39,398 bases of DNA from Saprolegnia diclina VS20. Lineage: Eukaryota. Below the pieces are notes generated by a model that was not told the DNA's origin, made no database searches, and worked only from the letters and a program-made list of their open reading frames with translations. Made by a program: the position numbers and the translations under genes. The stretch spans positions 186,037 through 225,434 of the forward strand of contig NW_008246116.1 in assembly GCF_000281045.1 (NCBI RefSeq), given 5' to 3'. Shown piece after piece: positions 21,165 through 31,128 of this stretch (positions within the stretch are counted from its first letter, which is position 1; every line of letters begins with the position of its first letter).

Positions 21165-22260
21165 CTACTCTTTTTCCAAAGGAGCATCGGCCTTTTCTAG
21201 CTTTCGAATGGCGTCGTAGCACGTCGTGTAGCTCAGGTCCTGGAACGTGCGCAGCGCCGCGTCCGGGTTTGCAGAAAAGGCGCGAAATTTCACGGCCGCG
21301 CGGCGACAGCCGATTTCAAACACGTTCTCGCGCGCCAACGCCTCGGACGTGGCCAACTTGACGAGGCTCGGCGCACCGCCGCTCGATGCAATGAAGGCGA
21401 CGACCCGGCGCGCCTTGGAGAACCGGGCCGCGTCGGCAGGTACCGGTAGGTTGCGCGTCGAGAGCTGCTGCAGCGGCACCATGCCGCAGTCTGGAGCGCC
21501 GCTAAACCACGCGCGCCACAGGTGCAAGACCGTCATCTTGGGTAGCATAAAGTCGTGCGGCACCGGGTGGAGACGCCCACCCCACTCAAACCGCGGTACC
21601 GAGGAGGGCGGCGGTAGAGTCTGAGTCGGCGTCGACAAGGACAAGGGCGGTGCCGCTGAAGCTGGCACCGGTGCAGTAGCGGCCGCGGGCGCAGTAAATT
21701 CCGGGCGAAGTTTCTGCAGCGCCTCTTGCATGCACGTCTCGACCGTGCTGCGCAAGTCGTGAAACACGCCGTCAAGCTGGGCCGAGCCCTGGGCCGTCAC
21801 TTTGGTCTGCACAGCGTCGGCGACGAGCGTCGGGAGCTTCCGGAAGAGGTCATTTAGAACCGTGTCGAGCGTCGCTTCGACCTTCTCGAGCCGCGTGAGA
21901 AGGGAGGCCGTCGACGGTCCACCGAGCGCCGCCATGTCGACCTGCAAACAAGACCGACGATTATCGCCTCATACGACAGCCGAGATCTACCAGTATGGGA
22001 GCCTTGGGTCGCTTGGCCTTGGTCGGCTTTCTTGCTGATGCAGTTCCTTGGCGTGCGCCATCGGCCGGCGCCACAACGCGGTTTGGCACGGCCGGCCTGG
22101 CGCTGGTCACGCTAGGCGGGACAAGCTCTGTCGTGGCCAGTGAAGCTACCGCCGTCACATGCGCGAAAGCTGTCGCTGCGTCGGCTGAGCCATTGGTTTC
22201 GAGGCGTCGGCGCTTCGTCCCGCGGACCTCGTCCGCCACGCCCATTTGCGACACTGCCAT
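21165..22260 (-). CDS. Predicted nuclear protein with coiled coil and C-terminal WGG..HPVP..F..P....LW..WF.G domain (Crypton/GCR1_C-like); exons 22260-21991, 21941-21165
   Basis: A phase-0 GT-AG intron (21942-21990) joins two track ORFs. It has an NLS-like KRRR and a conserved-looking aromatic domain FEWGGRLHPVPHDFMLPKMTVLHLWRAWFSG. The domain identity is an inference. Confidence 0.68.
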
Positions 22261-22619
22261 TACCGCTTTCGTGGATCCGGATATAACGTAGCAAACATCC
22301 GGATGCATGTCCAGAGCTGGCTATTAAAATAACGGCAGCAGGTTGGTGATAATGGCAAGTGCTATATCTTGGACTGCGATAGCCGCCTGGGTGATCCGCA
22401 ATCACTATGGTGAAGCGGACAACCTAGGTGAATGGAAGACTCCATCGCATTCAGCATTTGATATGTCGTCGATGCTCACGGCAATCATCCGGACACTATG
22501 TTTTAACCGGACTATCATTCTGGCACCGCCTGAGAGACCAACCCGCTCCGAGCCGCGATATGGTCACAGGTAAGAGGCGCAGTTGTGAAGGTGATATTTC
22601 CATCACTTGGTATAGCAGT

Positions 22620-24612
22620 TTAGGTCGTCGGGCGCTTTTCGTTGACAGTGCCCTTGTTGATGGCGTTGTTTCCGTTGATCTGCACACCAATCTGGTTGAT
22701 GATGTGCGCAGGTGGCGGACGCAGCTTGGCCGTGGCTTCCGCGTCCGTGAGCAACGTCACAATGTCGGTATATCCCTTCTTTTTGGCAATGTACAGGGGT
22801 GTGGCGACCCCCTATTTCATCCATGAATCACCCCCAACGTTTCAATATCCCATGTACAATCTGTACATACCTTCATCGCATAGTTGACATCGGCATCTTT
22901 GTCGAGGAGGAGCTTGACAACATCGAAATGGCCGTTCTCCACCGCGATCGAGAGCGGCGTGTGCCCTAGCTATTATAATCAAAGCCAAGGATATGCTGGC
23001 GTGAGCTTCAGATCGTACCTCGTCCGGTTGGTTAACATTGGCTTTGTTGTCGATAAGCAAGTGGACAATCACGTCATAACCGTCCTTGGACGCGACCCAG
23101 AGCGCCGTCTGTCCCAGCTACGACCAAAATCAGCCGTCATTTAACCACCAACGCATTCACATGATTGCGCCGGGTGACATCGATGCCAGGCGTCGCCAGA
23201 AGCGTCTCCAGTAGTGCGTACGCATCGCCGTTGTTGTTGGTAGCAACATCCACGGTCGCTCGCTGCGCCTTGGAGCTGAGTCCATGATGGTTGCTGACGG
23301 CAATGTGCAGCAGCGTGTCACCAGCCTAGTCACTTGAGTCACCTCACACATAACGAATGGCGTGCCTTGCTTGAGAGGTTGGGCGATGTCCCTTTGGATA
23401 AAAGCGCTTGGAGGCGCACTGTGTCCCTACGTTGCACGGCCGCAACGAGCTCTGACGATTCGCCCAGTAGATCTGCGATGACGCGATGGCCTTTGTGGAG
23501 CGCGACAGCATATTCGGGTGTTTGGCCGTCCTAGAGATCATCTCCAGGTTGGTTCAGTTCTAGTACGTGACTTCTACCTTGTACAGTTTATCGGCAACCG
23601 CGCCAGCGTCAAGGAGAAGTCGCACGATGGCCTCGTGGCCGGCAACCGACGCGATGAAGAGAGGCCATCTTCCATTCTATTGCAAGATCCGCATCATTGA
23701 CACGAGCAGCATATGCGTCGAGGCGTACGGAGGTCGCTTGATTGGCGTCGGCGCCAGCGTCGAGGAGGCGGCGTACGATGGCCGTGCGACCCGTGTTGGT
23801 CGCTGTGTACAGAGGCGTCACGCCGTTCTAACTATCGCGTCAATACGCAGCCGACTATCAATCTTTCAACGTACTTTGGCGGCTGCGTTGACGCGGGCGC
23901 CAGCGTTCAAGAGCATGTCCACCGCCGCGTCCTGTCCTTGGTTGCAAGCAGCGTACAAGGCCGTGTACCCGTCCTATCGCAGCCAGTGGCAACCCGCCTA
24001 TCGAAAGCGGAGACATACGACCGTTGCACTCTGGACGTCGGCGCCCGCGTCCAGGACAAGTTGCATCACGGCCTCGAGCCCTTGGAAGGCTACTGCGAAG
24101 AGGGCTGTTTCTCCCTTCTAGATTCCACATGTATTGAGCATCCCACCAAGAGAGCGGGGTGGTCTACGTTGTCGCTCTGGTTGACATCGGCACCCGCGCG
24201 TAGCAAGCGTTGTACAACGGCTTCATGCCCTTGCGCCGATGCGATGTACAATGGCGTCCGTCCATCCTGTAGATCATGGTCAGGACCGCGGTTGCGATCC
24301 AACACGTGTAGTACCGAGTCGGCTTGGTCGACCAGGGCGCCAGCATCGAGCAAGAGTCGCACCACGCCGTCGTGCCCGCCTCGCGACGCAGCGTACAGTG
24401 GTGTCCAGCCATCCTGCCGTACGCGTCAGCGCTGCACGCGTGTGTACCTTGTGCCTACCTTGTCGTCTCGCCAGCTTGGGCTTGCACCGCTACGGAGTAG
24501 GCGCGCCACGTCACTCTCGTTGCCACGACCGGCGAGATGGCAAAAGGCTCTTCCAGCGGCTCGCTACGCAGACGCGTCAGCGCGGCCACGACGCATCCGG
24601 GCGTACGTCCAT
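22620..24612 (-). CDS. Ankyrin-repeat protein B (~474 aa, 13 exons) with C-terminal IGVQING motif
   Basis: Exons 24612-24607, 24563-24459, 24413-24315, 24266-24168, 24117-24019, 23973-23875, 23827-23729, 23676-23578, 23530-23366, 23325-23161, 23117-23019, 22969-22871, 22811-22620. All introns are phase 0, and one (23326-23365) is GC-AG. Repeats are canonical, e.g. DGWTPLYAASRGGHDGVVRLLLDAGALVD. It ends AHIINQIGVQINGNNAINKGTVNEKRPTT. Confidence 0.85.
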
Positions 24613-25248
24613 CACACGCTGGACGCAAATCGAGGCAGTCGTGTCCGGTCAAATTAAATGTCAGAGCTATTTATCCGGATGATTGGCATGAAACCGGACA
24701 CAGGCAGGCGACAACCGCATGACAACTGATCACCAGAAGCCATTTCCGACGTGGACAAGGTGTATATGTATATTAGTACATATATAGATATGCTATCTTC
24801 ATTACAAAGACTTTTCAAACGTAGAGACTAGCAATCTCCTTCTTCATTCGCTCGACGGGCCGTGGGTGCGCAGGCGGCGGCTCGTCTTGCTCGTCTGTGG
24901 TCGCCCGGGGGCGCTAGTGGCCGCGAGCGAGGCCCATGCCGCAACGCTTCGTAGAGGCCTTCCACGTTTCGCTGTCGGCGGTAAAGTTACGCAGTTTCTT
25001 GAGGTCTTCGAGAGACGCCAGTGCCTGAGGCGGCGCCTGGAGGTCGCGGTGCAGGATGAGCGTACCGGTAGCCCACCCTCCGGCCTATTGGTGGTTTGCT
25101 GCATGAACCAAGATCTTATTTGATTGGACGGCGCTCGAGGAATCCTCGCTTGGTCGTTGGACGTTTCACATGTTGGCACACATTGTCCTCTTGGACATTG
25201 CACTTGAGTCTAGCATTACGACACCAAAAATGTCTCATAGACGTTAAT

Positions 25249-26834
25249 TTACAAAACAATGGTCGGGCTCTGTCGCATCGACACACTGCGCGAACTCGTA
25301 AACGACGTCGGCGGTGCTTCGAGGTACGCGATGGCCCTCGCGCCCGTCGGACGGTCCAGCGGATTGCTTTCCAAACACGCGAGCGCGAGCTCGGTGATGC
25401 CCGGCGGACACAGTACAGAGAGCGTCGGCCGCAGCGTGCCGTGGCTAATGCGCTGCAGCAGAATGTCATTGTCCATCTGGGCTAAATGGTGCTTGTACGG
25501 GTCTTCGTGCGAGTCGAGGACCGAGAGGAGGACACCAAACGAGTACATGTCACTGGCCGCCGTCGGCTTCTCGCCGCGTAGAACCTCGGGCGCGACCCAC
25601 GTCTTGAGCTCGGTTTGAGGCGACTGTGAGATGCGACAACTGACGTATGTCGTAGTTTGACGCAAGACGTCGCTCCAGCGGGACGAGGACGACGAGACGG
25701 ACGACGATGCTGACGTGCGCGAGAACAGACAATCATCGCGTTGAAACGGAATGCTGGCGATTTTGGCCGTGACGCGGTGGACCGACGTGGTCAAAAGCAC
25801 GGCGTCCATCGTGAGTTGCTGGTGGAGGACATCTTGGCTGTGCAAATATGTCTACAAGGCAAAATGCCAACTCAAATGGGGCCTTGGTCGCATCGAAAGC
25901 ACGTACGAGCCCCAAGAGCACATCCAAGGCGAGCTGGTGTTTCTTGTCGGGCCAGGCTACCGTGAGCGGATTCGTCGTTGTGAGGAGATCGCGTAGCGAC
26001 CCTTGGGACAAGAACTCGAAAGCGACTTCCGCGTTGAACTGGTGGTGCCACACGACACCGACGACCGCAACGATGTTGGCGTGCCGCAATCTATGGCAGA
26101 CCTCTTAACCCTACCCCTTCAAAAATCGATGCTTGCACAAGTATACCGAGACAGCAGGTGGATGTGCTCGATGAACTGCAGCACAAACTCGTGGTCTGTT
26201 TGCCGCCACGGCGTCAGGCGCTTGACCGCCACGTCCAGTGAGCCATTCCCTGCATAGTACGTGCCAAAGTACACTTGAAAGCTGTCGCTGGGCGGGGCCA
26301 AAAGGCGCACGAGCCGTAGCTGCCGCGCGTCCAACTGCGGCACCACAGTCTCGCGCGTCGTGAGCTCATAGCTGTCCGACGACAAGGTATGCAAGTGACC
26401 GAGCGGGCTCGGCTCGACATGCAGCGGACCGCAGCAGCGCTTGACAAGCATCATGTACAGCACGACGATGCCCACGACGACCGGGCATGTAATCGCCAAC
26501 GCGAGTGCTGCCGTCGTCCCTTGTGTGTCGTTGGAGGTGGCTATACCACGTCGCATGAGCGCAACAATATGCAACGTCGAAGAAGCGTACGACTCGCGAC
26601 CGGGTTGGTCGAGGGCACGCTGGGCGTCAATGGAAACTCGATCGCGGCGGTCGCTGGTAGGCTCTCCGTCGTAGGTAGTCGCACCGTCGTAGGTAGAGGC
26701 GTCGATGGCACTCCCGGTAACTTCGTGGCGACTGCTGTGATGTTTGGATCGCGCGCCACTGCCGGCGGCTGCGTGGCGTTCAACGCCATGGTCGTCGCGA
26801 CGACGCCAAGTAGCATCCACCCTGCGAGACGCAT
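25249..26834 (-). CDS. Receptor-like TKL-group pseudokinase (signal peptide, Pro/Thr-rich ectodomain, TM helix, degenerate kinase domain), about 4 exons
   Basis: MRLAGWMLLGVVATTMAL signal; TM ALALAITCPVVVGIVVLYMMLV. VAVKRL, LRHANIV, WVAPEVLRG, DMYSFGVLL and P.DRP are present, but the catalytic loop reads HQQLTMDA and the DFG position reads SIP. Confidence 0.8.
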
Positions 26835-27343
26835 GTATCAAAGTACAGACAGGCTCGAAGAGGGATATCTCGTCCGTCGTGGCGAAGGTTACATCCGTTC
26901 AGTCGGCGACCTCGTCGAAGCCGTCGGGCGTGTTGCACGGTGCAGCCGCATGGCATGGGTGTAGCGCATGTGCGTTAAAAAGTGCACGAGCGTATTTGGT
27001 TCAGGTCGTCACGGCCACGGCGGCTGGTTGTGACCCTTTCCAGGTGTCCAGGCACGAGAAACTGCCACGTTTTTTCGTTTTGCGATCTTCAAGCGCTGAA
27101 CCCACATCTCGTCCGCAACTCAAGCGACCCCAGAACGTTCCTGAAGCGAGACCGTACGGTGCTCTGCAGCCACTCTACCTGGTACTACCGGCAACAGACT
27201 AAGCTTACCGGCAACGTGTGCCGTCGTGACAGCTTCTTTGGTTGCGGACGATTGTTGCGGGGCTGCTCGAATGTAAACCTCTAGCATTTGATATGCAAAT
27301 CTATACGTTGTTGGCGTATTCGTCGATCGAACAACAAGAACAG

Positions 27344-29032
27344 ATGACGGACGCAGCGCTCAAGGCGACGGCGACGGCCGCGCTCGGCGCCGCGCTGGAC
27401 GCGTACCCGGGCAAGAAGACGCTCATCGCGGACGCATCCTTTCGTGCGCTTCTCGACGTCATGGCCTGCGGCGTCGGCGGCAAGGCCTTCTTCGAGCGCC
27501 AGCAGGTGTCCCGCATCCTCCTCCTCGAGCGGCCGCTCCCGCGCGCGAGCCTTCTCGACGCCTGCGTCTTTCTGCTCTTGCGGCCACAAGCGACCAACGT
27601 GACGCTCTTGCGCGAGCTGTATAGCGCGCACCCATCGCTGGCCATGACGGTCGCGTGGGTCCCATCTTGTTCGACGGCTGTCGAGCTCGAGATGGAGCGG
27701 CAAGGCCTCAAGCACCTCGTCTCCGAGGTCGATCTGCCGCTCTACTTGCTGCCGTGCGAAGAGAACGTGTGGAGTCTCTGCCGCGAAAACGATTTTCAAA
27801 CACTCTTCGTCGAGAAAGACCAAAGCCTCGTGACCGAGGTTGTCAAGAGCCTCCTCGAGCTCGGCCTCACGCGCGCGACGAGTATGCAAGCGCTTGGCGC
27901 CGTCGCCGAGAGCGCCAAGATCCTCTACGAGAGCGTCCAGTCCAAGGCGCCGCCGCTCGCGTCGGCCGCGCCATTCGACCAGTGCATCCTCATCGATCGC
28001 ACCGAGGACCCGATCACGCTGCTCGTGACGCCACTCCATTACGAAGGTATATTGCTATATATATCCGTGTATTAACGCTGCGTACTAGGGCTATTGGATG
28101 CAGTGCTGGGGATGAACCATGGCGTTGTCACTGTCAACGGCGCGAAGCACATGCTGTCGGCAAACGACGAGTTCTACGCGTCGATCCGGGACCTCGACTT
28201 TGATCATTTGGTCACGTCCCGGTTGCCGGCGATTGCGGCGGGTCTTCGCGACGACAAACAGCTCACGCCGGCGACCGAGCTCGCGAAGAAGCTCGGGTCC
28301 CTCGTCCAAACCAAGCAGGCCGTGAGTTTGCACTTGGACCTCGTGGCGGCGATGACGCAGGCCAGCAGTGACGACCACAAAGCGCTCAAGCGCTGCGTCG
28401 AGATCGAGCAGAGCATCATGGGTCTCGGCAAGCCAAAAGACATTGACGCGATGATCGAAGAAGGCTTGCTCCGCGACCCACCGCTCGAGCTCTCCAAGAT
28501 GCTCAAACTGCTCTGTCTCCACGCTCTCGTGCTGGGCGGTCCCGACAAAAAGATCTTTGACACGCGCCAGCAGCAGCTCTGCCATACGTACGGCCATGCC
28601 GTCCTCCCGCTGCTCTCGAGTCTCAGCGCGTCGTTGCAGTGGCTCGTGCCCAGAGGTGGCCACGCGAACTGGAAGTGGTCGAAATTGCGCAAGTCCATGG
28701 ACCTCCTCAAGGGCAGCGCGATCGAAGACGTCTTGCAGCCGCGCGACATTTGGGGCATGTTTCCCACGATCGGGTACGCGCCGCTGAGCGTCCGGCGCGT
28801 CCAAGTGGCCAGCGGCATGCATCAAGTGAGCGCGCTGCCATTACCAACCGGTACGCCCAAACCCGGCCCGCCCCAGAGAGTGCTCGTCTACTATCTGGGC
28901 GGCGTGGCGTATGCCGAGCTCGCAGCGTACCGGTTCTTGAACCGATCGCAGACCCAGTTTGAGTTTGTCGTCGCAACCACATCGATCTGCAACACGACAC
29001 GGCTCTTCCAAGGCCTCATGGCGTCCCAGTAG
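27344..29032 (+). CDS. VPS33: Sec1/Munc18-family vacuolar sorting protein, Vps33-like; exons 27344-28046, 28089-29032
   Basis: PGKKTLIAD, ILIDRTEDPITLLVTPLHYEGLLD, GYAPLSVR and VYYLGGVAYAELAAYRFL...VATTSICN. A GT-AG intron (28047-28088) restores the frame. The start codon is uncertain. Confidence 0.82.
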
Positions 29033-31128
29033 AGCTGGTGGTGTGCACTACTCATATGCGCACCCTAGCAACGTGGCTCTGACACTAGGATCGACACTTG
29101 TCGCATCACGACAATTATATATATGAATTTGACTTGCGACGAATGTATCAAGCTGAAAAGATACCCTTTCGAAAAGCAATGACGTGGCATCGCGAAGCGC
29201 TTTAATAGCTTGCACACGTCTGCGTTGGTACATGGACTTATCGGACAGAATAGAAAACAGTGAAAATACACTTTTTGTGATTGTTTGCTAAAAACGTCAT
29301 TCCAGGACGAACCCACACGCCGCATGTTGATATTTTCATGTAGCAGATTGCTGCCTTTGTCTCGGGTGTCGTCGTCTTGGACCAACTCCAAATGTCATTC
29401 TTTCAAGAGCCACCACACGCTCGCGGAGTGCACGTCGCTGGATGCTAACGTGGCATTTGGTCTATCAAAACAAGACTCAAGTAAAGTCGGCCGTCACGTT
29501 TGAACATTGTGCCTCTGCGCTGGACGCGCCCCATGATGCCCTTTTTCGTTGCCAATGAAGCAGACCACGGCCAATAAGATCGTATTTGTCCGGTTAATCG
29601 GTGCATCATCCGGATAAATATCGATCGGCTCCTTTGGCACGCTTGTCGAGCACAAGAGCACCGACGTATCTCGTTGCGGCGATCACGCACCTGTGTATTC
29701 AGTGGCAAGCTCGATATAATTTTTGAATCGTGTGCGCTGGAAGCGCCTCCATGGAGGGCGCCCTGTCGCCGTTGCGTCGACGATGGGCATGCACTGTACG
29801 AAGGGCCCGTCAAAAGCTCGTCAAGAGCCCTTGACGCGATACAATCGAGTGGTTGCAGTGAAGGCTGCGGACGAGTCCTGTCTGCGATGGCTGGTTCCTC
29901 TCACACGCTGACATGCAGTCCGAGCAAGACGTGCGTCAACGGGAACCAAGCCGCATAGGCCGACGCGCGGGCGGTGACAAAAGTAGAGCAGTCGGCACCT
30001 GACGCTGGGAGACGATACCACGGTATAAGTCGAGTCCTACACGCGCCACGGCGGGCGGCGCGTGCCGCTTCCTTGTCGGCAACACGGACAGCGCATGCCT
30101 TTGCGTCTGGCCACGACGCTTGCGACGGCTGGACGCGGCGATGCGAAGGCCGTTCTTGGGTGCACGTCGCTTGAAGTTGCAACTTGAAGTTCACCTTGCA
30201 CTTCCCCACCTCAAAAGAACCGCGCTCCGAGGTATCGCAGACCGCGCAATGTCATTCCTGTATCCGAGCGCGGCGATATCATGGCGACCTTGGGATGTAC
30301 CTTGGGATGTACTGCATGCGCGAGTGTACCGCCACCATACAATTCGACCGTCGTCAGTACCACGCTCCTTCCAAAACGACGAAGAGAGGTGCGACACGAG
30401 TCGTGTAAACGCCATCCACACGTCAGTGGCGACGGACGTAGAAAGGGCAGATCCACGCCACGGTGTCTGTGCGCCATGCCAACCATATTTCAACTGGATT
30501 TCCACCCGCGTGGTGCGAACGGCAAGGTGCACCCAGGTGGCACTTGCACTTGCACGTCCACGTCTTTTCCTGTGCATCCCATCCCATGGACGCGCCTCGC
30601 ACTTTCTGGACCATGCCCAACAAAGTGCAACTAGTCGCAGGGGTGGTGACGAGGTCTATTTTCCGCGAGGCGTCGCACGCCTCCGTTTTCTCGCGCAGTC
30701 TCTACGGCTGATGCCACATGGTTCCACTGGATTTATGCCAGAAATCAAGTGGCCCAGGTGGCAGCCCATATTGCGCCGTGCATTTGGTCGCGGCCGCCCA
30801 TGCGAAGGCGCTGGTATGGCGACGAGGCTGGCATCCACACCCACTGAAATCTTGAGCTTGATATCCAGCGGTTGGGTGGCTCGCAAAATCAACTCGACAG
30901 GTGGTCGGAACTTCAAGGACGTATTTTATTTTAAGACCCGCGCAATGTTTCATACAAACATAAGGCATATACGGCATATTAATATTCCAACGACGTGAAT
31001 CATCCCTGCGCCAATCACAGATGGCTCCGTTGGTTTTCGACCAATGGCATCGCACGGCCAAAGATTGCAAAGGCTTCGATCGCCAGCCAGTCTCGAATTT
31101 GCCTGGTCGCCCGTAGCTCCACCCTCTG

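Noticed and set aside
22871..24413. Regular ~147-bp periodicity resembling a CRISPR-like or satellite array
   Set aside because: It is fully explained by 99-nt ankyrin exons alternating with ~48-nt introns; there are no identical nucleotide repeats.
25249..26834. Pseudokinase as an MLKL-like effector for the RHIM-like ankyrin proteins
   Set aside because: It has a signal peptide and TM helix, no four-helix-bundle/HeLo-like N-terminus and no IGVQING-like motif; adjacency is the only link.
29450..31000. Several 60-290 aa ORFs, a Cys/His cluster and a 12-bp tandem duplication at 30287-30310
   Set aside because: No coding codon bias, coherent exon chain or recognisable domain; treated as intergenic or heavily decayed sequence.
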